Positions 38,091-47,436 of a DNA stretch of 64,000 bases are shown in pieces (within the stretch, counting starts at the first letter, position 1; the number at the start of each line of letters is the position of its first letter). Source of the stretch: Acutalibacteraceae bacterium. GTDB taxonomy: Bacteria > Bacillota > Clostridia > Oscillospirales > Acutalibacteraceae. The DNA lies in NCBI GenBank assembly GCA_045641225.1, contig JAZUGP010000073.1, positions 1,142-65,141 on the forward strand, written 5' to 3'. The translations under genes and the position numbers were made by a program. Under the pieces are notes generated by a model. The model searched no databases. It worked only from the letters and a program-made list of their open reading frames with translations, and was not told the DNA's origin.

Positions 38091-38261
38091 TTAATATGCA
38101 AAAATAATGCTTATTAACTTCCGGCAGTAACGCACTTTTGCGGCAAAGGTAAACCGTCCGCACGAGTCAAGGTTGCTGTCACGGTGGGAGGGGCGTGTAT
38201 ATGAGCGCTCCGCCAAGTGTTAAACACACGGTTACCACGAATTATGGAGGTGCTATTTATA
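38091..38261 (+). promoter_or_regulatory. GC-rich structured leader of rplKA (possible L1 autoregulatory site)
   Basis: Two hairpins are visible: GGAG-GG-GCG...CGCTCC and GTGTtaaACAC. The call rests on position and analogy only. Confidence 0.3.
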
Positions 38262-38687
38262 ATGGCTCAGAAAATTACAGGTTACATTAAATTGCAGATT
38301 CCGGCAGGTAAAGCCACTCCGGCTCCCCCTGTAGGTCCTGCACTCGGTCAGTACGGTGTGAACATTATGGAGTTCACCAAGGCGTTTAATGAAAAAACCA
38401 AGAACGATGGCGGTCTTATCATTCCGGTTGTTATCACCGTTTATGCCGACCGTTCATTCACATTCATCACAAAAACACCGCCCGCTGCCGTTCTTATTAA
38501 GAAGGCTTGCGGTATTGAGACCGCATCAGGCACACCTAACAAAACAAAGGTTGCCAAGATTACAAGCGAGCAGGTAAGAAAAATCGCAGAAACCAAGATG
38601 CCCGACCTTAATGCGGCAAGCATTGAAGCTGCTATGAGTATGATAGCAGGTACCGCACGCAGCATGGGTATTGAGGTAGTCGATTGA
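38262..38687 (+). CDS. rplK: 50S ribosomal protein L11
   Basis: It begins [41 protein letters not shown] is present, so the upstream 15 codons of the track ORF are rejected. Confidence 0.97.
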   Translation: MAQKITGYIKLQIPAGKATPAPPVGPALGQYGVNIMEFTKAFNEKTKNDGGLIIPVVITVYADRSFTFITKTPPAAVLIKKACGIETASGTPNKTKVAKITSEQVRKIAETKMPDLNAASIEAAMSMIAGTARSMGIEVVD

Positions 38688-38740
38688 TTCTCTCTCGTGG
38701 GAGGATAATTCCGATTTAACCACTTATTGGGAGGTAAATT

Positions 38741-39436
38741 ATGAAACACGGTAAAAAGTATAATGACAGCGCAAAGCTTATCGAAACCGGCAAGCTTTAC
38801 GACGTTGATGAAGCAGTTGCCGTAGCTGTAAAGACCGGCACTGCAAAATTTGATGAAACGGTTGAAGTTCATGTTCGTTTGGGTGTTGACTCCCGTCACG
38901 CTGACCAGCAGGTCAGAGGTGCGGTTGTTCTTCCCAACGGTACAGGTAAGACCGTAAGAACCCTCGTTTTCGCTAAGGACGATAAGGCTGAGGCGGCAAA
39001 GGCGGCAGGTTCTGACTATGTTGGCGCAGATGAACTCGTTGCAAAGATTCAGGGTGAAAACTGGCTTGACTTCGATGTTGTTATCGCGGCGCCCGATATG
39101 ATGGGTCTTGTAGGCCGTTTGGGTAAGGTTTTAGGTCCGCGCGGACTTATGCCTACACCTAAGGCAGGTACTGTTACTCCTGATGTTGCTAAGGCTGTAA
39201 CCCAGGCTAAGGCAGGTAAGATTGAGTACCGTCTTGATAAGACAAACATCATTCACTGCCCCATAGGTAAGGTTTCCTTCGGCCCTGAGAAGCTTAAGGA
39301 AAACTTTGATACCCTTATGGCGGCTATCGTTAAGGCTAAGCCCGCTGCAACCAAGGGTCAGTACATCAAGTCCTGCACGGTTGCAACAACCATGGGCCCC
39401 GGCGTTAAGCTCAATGTTGCAAAGTTCGGCGCATAA
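38741..39436 (+). CDS. rplA: 50S ribosomal protein L1
   Basis: It is 231 aa and reads [14 protein letters not shown]...[11 protein letters not shown]. Confidence 0.97.
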   Translation: MKHGKKYNDSAKLIETGKLYDVDEAVAVAVKTGTAKFDETVEVHVRLGVDSRHADQQVRGAVVLPNGTGKTVRTLVFAKDDKAEAAKAAGSDYVGADELVAKIQGENWLDFDVVIAAPDMMGLVGRLGKVLGPRGLMPTPKAGTVTPDVAKAVTQAKAGKIEYRLDKTNIIHCPIGKVSFGPEKLKENFDTLMAAIVKAKPAATKGQYIKSCTVATTMGPGVKLNVAKFGA

Positions 39437-39449
39437 GCCGATAAAAAAT

Positions 39450-39483
39450 TAAAGCGGTGGATTTCTCCACCGCTTATTTTTTA
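39450..39483. terminator. Terminator after rplA
   Basis: aagcggtgga pairs with tccaccgctt, followed by ATTTTTT. Confidence 0.85.
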
Positions 39484-39518
39484 AGTTTTGCCCTAAGGGG
39501 CTTATTTTTTTATGTTTG

Positions 39519-40709
39519 CTAAAAAATCATCATCAGTATCTTTGCTTCAATAAGTCCCAAAAAGGTGCCTATGGCATATCCGAGTGAGCCGCAGATAAGT
39601 CCTGCCGAGGTAAGCGGCTTGTTGTTTATCTGCTTTGCTATTGCAGGCACAAAGGCGGGGCCGTAAACACCGGCTGTAAGGGTTATCATAGCGGAGTCGA
39701 TATCAATTCCGAATATCTTGCAAAGAATAAAATGAACTATAAAAGAAGCCACCGTAACGCCGGTGAAGAATAAGAAAATGTTTAAGGCAACGCCTGAAAA
39801 TCTTTCGGGGTTTATGGATGATGAAAGTGCAAACGAAAAAACAACAAGCAGGTAATGTGCCACAAAGCTGTTACCCGATGCGCGGTTCAGCGGTTTTATA
39901 AACGAGCCCGCAATTCCTAGAACGGTTGCGGTTATCATAATGGCGGGCACTAAAAACGAGGTGAGCGTGCCGTCCTGCATACCCTTTATGTACCATATAC
40001 CGATGCCTGCCGCCGCGCCCGCAGCTGCAATAACCAATGAAACGGCAAGACTTTTGATAACGGCACCTTTGTTCGTTTTAACACTTGAAAAATCGTCAAC
40101 ATTATTGGCTTGGTTTAATTCGGTAATATCGGTGTCAACATTTTTTGCCGGCAGAAACTTTTTAAACAGCGGCTTGCATGCAAAAAGCAAAAACACATAA
40201 AACAGTCCGCCTATCAGTATATCGGACAGATTTGATACCGAAATAAGGTCAAAATCCATATTAAGCGCCGCGCCTATGGCATTAAGGTTTGGCGTGCCGC
40301 CCGTATAAAGCCCTGCCGACATACCTGCAAGCTTGAAGCTTTCGGGCAGAAAATCCTTTGTTATTATTCCTGCGGCACTTGATACCGAAACCACCGAAAC
40401 CGTAAGCAGTAAAAAGGCGGTAAGCGTTTTTACCGAAAGCTTTTTAACGGCGGCAAAATCGGTGCCGAAAAGGTAGAGGGGAATGGCAAGTGCGATGGCA
40501 CCGTAGCTTAAGTATTCGCATATATCGGTGTTTACCGTAATGTCAACGCCCGCCTTTTTAAGCAGAAAGGTCAAAACCGAGTAAGAAAGCCCGAAAAAAT
40601 ATGCCGCGCCTACCGTACCGAGCAACGAGATAAATCTGCCGTTTCTGAATTTCATTATTAAAATCGGAAGGGCGCAGATAAGCAAAATTGTTATAATTGA
40701 GTTAATCAT
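39519..40709 (-). CDS. Polytopic membrane protein, putative transporter (possibly DUF819-like)
   Basis: It is 396 aa with about 10-12 TM segments. The family assignment is tentative. Confidence 0.6.
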   Translation of the reverse strand: MINSIITILLICALPILIMKFRNGRFISLLGTVGAAYFFGLSYSVLTFLLKKAGVDITVNTDICEYLSYGAIALAIPLYLFGTDFAAVKKLSVKTLTAFLLLTVSVVSVSSAAGIITKDFLPESFKLAGMSAGLYTGGTPNLNAIGAALNMDFDLISVSNLSDILIGGLFYVFLLFACKPLFKKFLPAKNVDTDITELNQANNVDDFSSVKTNKGAVIKSLAVSLVIAAAGAAAGIGIWYIKGMQDGTLTSFLVPAIMITATVLGIAGSFIKPLNRASGNSFVAHYLLVVFSFALSSSINPERFSGVALNIFLFFTGVTVASFIVHFILCKIFGIDIDSAMITLTAGVYGPAFVPAIAKQINNKPLTSAGLICGSLGYAIGTFLGLIEAKILMMIF

Positions 40710-40720
40710 AAATACATTCC

Positions 40721-42235
40721 TTAATCGATTACAGTTTTTTCTTCATTTAAAGCTTCCTCTGAAGAAGAGGATTCTTCGGATGCTTCTGACTCCTCGGAGG
40801 ACTCCTCGGCTTTTTCTTCAAAATGCTTTACAAATACCGTTTTACCCTGATATTCGGTAAGATACCAAAGTCCGCAGAAATCACCTGAAAGACTTAAAGT
40901 TTCATTTTCGTCAACCTCAGCAACAAGGTATTTTTCGTTTTCGATGCACTCTGAGTATAAAGCCGTTTTTTCACAAACGGTTTTTCTTTCGCTTATTTCA
41001 ACAGGCATCGTTTTGTAAACCGTGCTTTTATCAACATAGTATTTGCTGTCGCCTATGTTTACAACATAAAATCCGTTGTTAAGCAAGCCGCTTGAATGTA
41101 AAACCGAGCCTGACGGAGCGGTGAGTGCCGTTTCCGAACTTTTTGAGGGCTCCTTTAAAAGCACCGTTTCGGCATTTGTGCAAAGGTATGCGTTTTCCTC
41201 ATTGACAGAATAATCGCAGAAATTAAGGTCAACATTACCGGAAATACCGGACACCGAGCCGCTCGAGGTGTACTGCCACATAGCATAGGCACCGTTATAA
41301 TTTGATTTTTCACCGTTTTGGGTATAGTGGGCAAGCCAAAAATCATATTTTGAAAGCTTTGCCATATCAAAGTAGGTATAAGCGGCATAGCGGCTTGCGT
41401 ACAAAAGCGGGGTGTACCCCTGCGATTTTACGTAGTCAAGATACGCGGCGGCATTGGCTGAAATAACATCTTTGTTTTTTGCAATGGAGTCGGCGCGGCT
41501 TGTATCACCGTTTGATTTTGCATAAAACTCCTCAAAGTCGTAGGCCACGGGAAGCTTTATGGCAACTCCTTTTTTTCTCATCCGCATAATGAGTTCGCAC
41601 ACATAGGCGGCTTCCTCGCGCGCCTCGGCTTCGTTTATCGCGGTAGAGTAAAAATAGATGCCCACCGCAATACCGTTTTTGTAAGCGCCCTCCGCGTTTC
41701 TTTCAAAGTAGGTATCCTCAACGATTTTACCGCTGCCGTATCCTCGGTACCCACAGCGTATCATGGCAAACTTAATATCGCTTTTTGCAACCTTTGCCCA
41801 GTCAATTTTGCCTTGGTGGCTCGAAACGTCTATGCCCTGCGTACCGCCCTTGAATGCGCTCACATCGAGCTTTTGAGAGGCTTCGGCAACGGTATAGCTT
41901 TCGGCTTTTTGCACGGATTCGTCCTTTTTTACCTTTGTGTTGTTGATATCCTCTTTTGAATTGAGTTTTGCCACCACAACCTCAGGTATCACAACAGGTG
42001 CTTCCGATACGGCTTCTTCACTTTCCGCAATATCCTCCGAAAAAACCGAATCCAAAACCGCTATGGCCTCATCCGAGATTTCCGAGGAGGAAGTCGACTT
42101 GTTCATTTTTTTAATTTCGCCGTTTTTAACTATAAAGGCACAACAAACAAACCCGCTTGCAACGACAAACACGCAGCAGGCAGTTATAGCTATTGTGAGT
42201 GAATATTTTTTTATTAATTCCGATATTTTTTGCAT
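40721..42235 (-). CDS. Membrane-anchored GH25 muramidase with C-terminal SH3-like repeats and a Ser/Glu-rich tail
   Basis: It has an N-terminal TM segment. The GH25 core reads GIDVSSHQGKIDWAKV...FAMIRCGYRGY...GIYFYS. The tail reads EEKAEESSEESEASEESSSSEE. Confidence 0.87.
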   Translation of the reverse strand: MQKISELIKKYSLTIAITACCVFVVASGFVCCAFIVKNGEIKKMNKSTSSSEISDEAIAVLDSVFSEDIAESEEAVSEAPVVIPEVVVAKLNSKEDINNTKVKKDESVQKAESYTVAEASQKLDVSAFKGGTQGIDVSSHQGKIDWAKVAKSDIKFAMIRCGYRGYGSGKIVEDTYFERNAEGAYKNGIAVGIYFYSTAINEAEAREEAAYVCELIMRMRKKGVAIKLPVAYDFEEFYAKSNGDTSRADSIAKNKDVISANAAAYLDYVKSQGYTPLLYASRYAAYTYFDMAKLSKYDFWLAHYTQNGEKSNYNGAYAMWQYTSSGSVSGISGNVDLNFCDYSVNEENAYLCTNAETVLLKEPSKSSETALTAPSGSVLHSSGLLNNGFYVVNIGDSKYYVDKSTVYKTMPVEISERKTVCEKTALYSECIENEKYLVAEVDENETLSLSGDFCGLWYLTEYQGKTVFVKHFEEKAEESSEESEASEESSSSEEALNEEKTVID

Positions 42236-42239
42236 TTTT

Positions 42240-43424
42240 TTACTTTCCGGTGTAATCGTAATCTACTGTAATAACGCATATAAATGTTTCATTTAAGCGC
42301 TTGGCATCCTCATTTATCCTTTTTGTAACCTCTTTGGCCGAAAGCTTATGACCGGAGGGTATAACAATGTCAAAAATAAGGTTGGTTTTCTGTTCCGCTA
42401 TGGGGGTCATACGAAAATCGTGAATGGAAATATCAGGGTCTATTGCGGTAACAATATTTTTTATTGCTTCTCTTGTTTTGTTAACCTCTTCGTTGTCGGT
42501 GTCTATCGGGTCCATGTGAATGGTGAGCATAACACCCGTTTTTTCACTTACAACCTTTTCGCAAAGGTCTATCTGTTCATGACATTCAACAATGTCAATA
42601 CTTTGCGGCACCTCAACATGCACCGAGGCAAACTGCCTTCCGGGTCCGTAGTTGTGCACCATAAGGTCGTGTATACCCTTAAAGGTATCAAAAGCCATAA
42701 TACCGTTTTTAATATCCTCAACAAGCTCTTTTTCGGGCGGACCGCCGAGTATTTCACCGATGGTCTCCTTTGCCGAGGATATTCCCGACCACAGTATAAA
42801 CAGCGCCACACCTATTGCCATAACCGCGTCAAGATTAAACGGCAGGTTAAATATTTTGGGAATTATCGCCGCAATTAAAATCGCAAAGGTGGATATCGAG
42901 TCGTTGATACTGTCCTGTGCGGTGGCAAGAAGCGCTGAGGAGTTTATGGCTTTGCCGAGTTTTCGGTTAAAGAGAAACAGCCAAAGCTTAATGATTATTG
43001 ATATTATAAGTACAAGCAATGATATCCCGCTGTATTCGGGCGCCGCGTCACCGTTTATAAGTGATTTTACCGAGTCTATAAGCAACTCGCCGCCTACAAT
43101 CAGTATAAGTCCCGAAACGATAAAGGCGGAGAGATATTCAAATCTTCCGTGTCCAAACGGGTGCTCGCGGTCGGCAGGGCGGTTTGAAAGGCGAAAGCCT
43201 ATCATTGTGATAACCGATGAGCCCATATCCGAAAGGTTGTTAAGTCCGTCCGCAACAATGGCGAGGCTTTTTGCTATGCTGCCGATAACGATTTTTGAAA
43301 CGCAGAGCAGTATATTGCAGAATATACCTACAATACTGCCTAAGCTTCCGTAACGTTCCCGTACCTTTTTTGATTTTGTGTTTTTACTGTCCTTAACAAA
43401 CAGCCTTATAAGAAGCTCGGTCAT
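42240..43424 (-). CDS. Cation diffusion facilitator family transporter
   Basis: It has SLAIVADGLNNLSDM and HPFGHGRFE motifs, six TM segments and a C-terminal cytoplasmic domain. Confidence 0.92.
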   Translation of the reverse strand: MTELLIRLFVKDSKNTKSKKVRERYGSLGSIVGIFCNILLCVSKIVIGSIAKSLAIVADGLNNLSDMGSSVITMIGFRLSNRPADREHPFGHGRFEYLSAFIVSGLILIVGGELLIDSVKSLINGDAAPEYSGISLLVLIISIIIKLWLFLFNRKLGKAINSSALLATAQDSINDSISTFAILIAAIIPKIFNLPFNLDAVMAIGVALFILWSGISSAKETIGEILGGPPEKELVEDIKNGIMAFDTFKGIHDLMVHNYGPGRQFASVHVEVPQSIDIVECHEQIDLCEKVVSEKTGVMLTIHMDPIDTDNEEVNKTREAIKNIVTAIDPDISIHDFRMTPIAEQKTNLIFDIVIPSGHKLSAKEVTKRINEDAKRLNETFICVITVDYDYTGK

Positions 43425-43427
43425 TTT

Positions 43428-44621
43428 TTACATCTTAACTCCTTTTGCACCCTTTGAGCCGAAGCTTGCGGAGGAAAGTATATTTGTATCAATGGCAAAC
43501 GAAAGATTATCGCGTGTTCTTTGCCTTTTGAAAGCAAGCTCGATAAGTCGGTCAATAAGCTCAGGGTATTTTACACCGCTTGCCTCCCAAAGATAAAAGG
43601 CGAGGGAGCCGGGAACGGTGTTTATTTCGTTTGCGTAGAGGCGGTCGGATACGGTATCGTAAAGATAGTCAATACGAACAACACCCGAAGCATTCATCAC
43701 TTTAACGATTTTGCAGGAAAGCTCCTTTATCTCGTTTGCCTTTTCTTCGGGGATATCTGCCGGTATTTTTCTGCCTAGTGATGCCATACCCTTGCTCGGT
43801 CCTTCAGATTTTCCTCCGCCCTGATATTTATCCTTATAGGAAAGTATCTCATCGTGCATGAAAGGCTCTTCACAAACCGATGCTATGCAGTCATCCGCAT
43901 CGCCTAACACCGAGCAGTTTATTTCGCGCAGATTTTCTATTGCTTTTTCGCAGAGTATACGGTCGGTAAACGAAAAGGCAAGTGAAATTGCACTGTCAAG
44001 CTCGTTTAAACTTTTCACCTTGCTTATTCCCACGCTTGAGCCGAGGTTTATCGGTTTTACTATAAGCGGGAAACCGATTTCATTTACGATTTTTTCGGTA
44101 ATACCTTCCTTATCAAGCGCATATTCGCGCGCCTTTAATCTAACGCAGTCCAGCACGGGAAGACCTGCCGCTTTTAAAACATCTTTAAACACGGCCTTAT
44201 CCATACCGATTGCGGCAGATGCAACATCGCAGCTCACATAGGGAATATTTAAAAACTCAAAATATCCCGCTATTGTGCCGTCCTCACAATTGGTGCCGTG
44301 AACAACGGGAAAAGCAACATCTATCCTTATATCGTCCTTTTTCTTAAACGCCTTTTGCACAACAAGGTGCATAAACACACCGTTTTCGTTTCTTAAAAAG
44401 GTTATCTCATCGCAGGATTTGAGAAGCGAGTCAAGATTGCGGTAATTTTCAATTTGAAAAAGCTTTTCTCCCGTGTACATCTTGCCGTTTTTGGCAACGT
44501 AAACAGGTGTTATGGAATATTTATCACGGTTTATCGAGCGCATGGCTTGAACCGCCGAAATAATTGATACCTCGTGCTCAACCGAGCGGCAACCGTAAAA
44601 AACTCCTACATTTGTTTTCAT
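43428..44621 (-). CDS. ddl: D-alanine--D-alanine ligase family protein
   Basis: It reads VFYGCRSVEHEVSIISA, has an ATP-grasp core and YKDKY in the omega-loop region. It lies directly downstream of murF. Confidence 0.9.
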   Translation of the reverse strand: MKTNVGVFYGCRSVEHEVSIISAVQAMRSINRDKYSITPVYVAKNGKMYTGEKLFQIENYRNLDSLLKSCDEITFLRNENGVFMHLVVQKAFKKKDDIRIDVAFPVVHGTNCEDGTIAGYFEFLNIPYVSCDVASAAIGMDKAVFKDVLKAAGLPVLDCVRLKAREYALDKEGITEKIVNEIGFPLIVKPINLGSSVGISKVKSLNELDSAISLAFSFTDRILCEKAIENLREINCSVLGDADDCIASVCEEPFMHDEILSYKDKYQGGGKSEGPSKGMASLGRKIPADIPEEKANEIKELSCKIVKVMNASGVVRIDYLYDTVSDRLYANEINTVPGSLAFYLWEASGVKYPELIDRLIELAFKRQRTRDNLSFAIDTNILSSASFGSKGAKGVKM

Positions 44622-44635
44622 AATAACTACCTCTT

Positions 44636-46198
44636 TTAGTTTAAATAATTATCCGGCAAATCGTTTTCTATAAGCACCACACTGTTTTCATCGCAGATAG
44701 GTGAATAGATACGCATGGCATCCTTAAAGCTTTCGGCAATATAAAGCCTATCGGTATCAAAATCGGTTGTGGCAATGGCATCACGCATAGGCTTTGAACG
44801 GTTTTTGCCCACTAAAATTATATTGTCGCAAACCTTTGCCGCCGCAAGTCCCAAATTATAGTTGGCCTCGTATTCGCGTTCGCCGAGCTCGATAAGTCCC
44901 GGTGTGATAACGGTTTTTTGCATATTCTCAAAGCTGTTAAGAACGTTTAATGCCTCAATACAGCCCTCGGGATTTGAATTATAGGCATCGTCTATAAGCA
45001 AAGAGCCGTTAAACGGTTTAAGCTCAAGGCGGTGTTCTGTGGGTTTAAGTGAAGAAATCGCAAAGCGGATATCTGCTATATCAACGCCCAATATATGTGC
45101 CATAGCCGCAGCGGCAACTATATCCGAAACGCTGTGCTTTCCGAGAAGCCTTGTGGTAATATCGGCTTTTTGGTCACCGAGTATAAGTGTGAAGCTTGAG
45201 CCGGACGCCGAATATCTGATGTTTTCGGCGCGATAATCGGTACCTTCTCCGAAAAACACGGCGTTTTCAAGTCTTTCTTTGCGCGAAGCGATTTCACTGC
45301 TTTCGATGTTTGCAATACAAACTCCGCCTGCTTTATCGGTGGCATTTTTAAGCTCAAACTTTGTTTTAAAAACATTTTCGGTGCTTAAAAACGTGTCAAG
45401 ATGCTGAGCGCCCACAGAGGTTACAATTCCGTATTTCGGATTTACAATATCGCAGATTTCCTTAATGTCGCCCTTCTTTTTTGCACCCATTTCGCAGATA
45501 AAAATCTGTGTTTGGGGCTTAAGGCTTTCTCTCACGGTGCGCACAACACCCATAGGAGTGTTGTAGGAATGCGGAGTGCAGAGCACATTGAAGTTTTCAC
45601 TGAGTATACGGTTAAGTATAAACTTTGTGGTGGTTTTTCCGTAGCTTCCCGTAATACCTATAACGGTTATATCACCGTGTGATGCAAGCATTTTCTTAGC
45701 ATCGTTTATATAATACCTGTTAAACACAGTTTCAACGGGCTTTGTTATCGTCCAAATAACAAAAACGAGAAGCGGCGTTACCACCGAAAGCAATATTGAC
45801 AGTGCAAAGCACATTTTACCCGCAAGCGTTTTCGGAGCCGCCGTAAAGGTAATAATAAGCGCCGAGAGCAAAATAATGGCGGTGGCATAAAGCCTTTTAA
45901 TTCTTCCGGTAAACACGAGCTTTTTAATTGATTTTTTGTGGGTTTTAACCGAAAGGTACACCCTCACGGCCAAAATAAGGACTGATAAAACCGTTTCGGC
46001 AATATAAAGCCCTCTTGTGTTTAAAAGCGATATGACGCAGAATGTAAATGACAAAACGGCAAGAATAACCGTATAGTCGTTTTTAAGCCAGCCGAAATAT
46101 CTTGAAGGGAAATATGAGTTTTGCTGCAGCATCTGCAGTTGTTTGTAAAGCGAAAACACAGCCGAAACGGCACAAAGTAAGCATATTGTTAAAAGCAT
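44636..46198 (-). CDS. murF: UDP-N-acetylmuramoyl-tripeptide--D-alanyl-D-alanine ligase with an N-terminal polytopic membrane domain
   Basis: It has the Mur ligase P-loop ITGSYGKTTTK and the MurF-type DDAYNSNPEG motif. The first ~150 aa contain five hydrophobic segments. Confidence 0.87.
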   Translation of the reverse strand: MLLTICLLCAVSAVFSLYKQLQMLQQNSYFPSRYFGWLKNDYTVILAVLSFTFCVISLLNTRGLYIAETVLSVLILAVRVYLSVKTHKKSIKKLVFTGRIKRLYATAIILLSALIITFTAAPKTLAGKMCFALSILLSVVTPLLVFVIWTITKPVETVFNRYYINDAKKMLASHGDITVIGITGSYGKTTTKFILNRILSENFNVLCTPHSYNTPMGVVRTVRESLKPQTQIFICEMGAKKKGDIKEICDIVNPKYGIVTSVGAQHLDTFLSTENVFKTKFELKNATDKAGGVCIANIESSEIASRKERLENAVFFGEGTDYRAENIRYSASGSSFTLILGDQKADITTRLLGKHSVSDIVAAAAMAHILGVDIADIRFAISSLKPTEHRLELKPFNGSLLIDDAYNSNPEGCIEALNVLNSFENMQKTVITPGLIELGEREYEANYNLGLAAAKVCDNIILVGKNRSKPMRDAIATTDFDTDRLYIAESFKDAMRIYSPICDENSVVLIENDLPDNYLN

Positions 46199-46212
46199 TT
46201 ATTTAAATCCCC

Positions 46213-46968
46213 TTAAATAAAACTGTTCAGTATGGCATCGGTATCATAAGGCCGCTCAAGGAAAGAATAGTGCCCCGCGCCTTTTAAGACACAAAGCCCG
46301 CAGTCCTTAATAAGACTTTCAATGATTTTTGCATCGGCAAGCGGTGTTGCCGTATCGTTTTCACCCCAGATAAGCAGGGTAGGGCAGTCGATATTGTGCA
46401 GAATATCCCGCAGGTCGGTGTTTACAAGCGAAACAAGGGTTTGCCTTAAAACCGGCGGTGCGGCATTGTAATCCGCAGAGCCGTAGTGATTTCTCGCTTT
46501 GTTAAGCAAATCCTCGGAATGTTTTTCAATAACAGGCAGTGTTAAAACCTTTTTAATCACCTTAAAGCTTTTTGCACGCATTTTTTGTTTAAAGCTCTTT
46601 TTGGGGATAAGACCGGCGCTGTCAAAAAGCACAAGCTTTTCGGGTTTAAGCATACCCGTGGCGGCAAGGTTGAGTGCTACTCTTCCGCCGTGGGAATGAC
46701 CGAAAATTATCGGGCTTTCAAGCTTTAATTCACTGCAAAACGAAACCACAAGGTCGCAGTAATCCGAAAGCTTCCACGCGCTTTTCATAACATCACTTTT
46801 TCCGCACCCCGGAAAATTAAGAGCCACCACACGCGCTCTGCTTTTAAGATTTTCGATTATTTTTTTATAAACCTCAAAGGATGAGCCCCAGCCGTGAAGC
46901 AAAAGTATCGGCTTGCCCTCGCCTTCGTCGGTATATTCGATTTTCAGTCCGTTAATAATTATTTCCAT
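46213..46968 (-). CDS. Alpha/beta hydrolase
   Basis: It has LLHGWGSS, the nucleophile elbow GHSHGG and a C-terminal GAGH. Confidence 0.85.
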   Translation of the reverse strand: MEIIINGLKIEYTDEGEGKPILLLHGWGSSFEVYKKIIENLKSRARVVALNFPGCGKSDVMKSAWKLSDYCDLVVSFCSELKLESPIIFGHSHGGRVALNLAATGMLKPEKLVLFDSAGLIPKKSFKQKMRAKSFKVIKKVLTLPVIEKHSEDLLNKARNHYGSADYNAAPPVLRQTLVSLVNTDLRDILHNIDCPTLLIWGENDTATPLADAKIIESLIKDCGLCVLKGAGHYSFLERPYDTDAILNSFI

Positions 46969-47064
46969 AATAACCGCCCGACCGTATATGATTATATATT
47001 TAATATATTATATCAAATATATCTGAAAAATAAAAGTGTTTTTTTCGGGAAAGACTAATTACCG

Positions 47065-47436
47065 GTGATGGAAATAGCTAAGAGGGTTAAAGTGGTAAGG
47101 ACCGTGCTTGCGGGACTTGCGGCAGGACTTGTTAACGGACTTTTCGGTGCGGGCGGAGGACTTATTACCGTTCCCATGCTTCAAAGCTTGGGGTTAGAAG
47201 GGAAAAAAGCGCATAAAAACGCTGTTTTTGTTATGCTTTTTATAACCGTTGTAAGCGCATTTTTTTATCTCAAGGGAGGTTTTGTCAGTCTTTCGGACGC
47301 AAAGCCGTTTATACTTTCGGGTATAATAGGCTCGCTTGCAGGCACTCTGCTGATTAGAAAAATACCCAAAAATCTTTTAAAAAAGATATTTGCCGGATTT
47401 ATGATATACGGCGGAATAAGGATGTTGTTTAAATGA
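47065..47436 (+). CDS. TauE/SafE (DUF81) family half-size membrane protein, N-half
   Basis: It has four TM segments and GAGGGLITVPML. Confidence 0.8.
   Translation: MMEIAKRVKVVRTVLAGLAAGLVNGLFGAGGGLITVPMLQSLGLEGKKAHKNAVFVMLFITVVSAFFYLKGGFVSLSDAKPFILSGIIGSLAGTLLIRKIPKNLLKKIFAGFMIYGGIRMLFK

Noticed and set aside
42348-43353. Long antisense ORFs opposite the CDF transporter (42348..42878 and 42652..43353, 233 aa)
   Set aside because: The minus-strand CDF gene is unambiguous. The antisense products are low-complexity Ser/Ile/Pro-rich with no start context.
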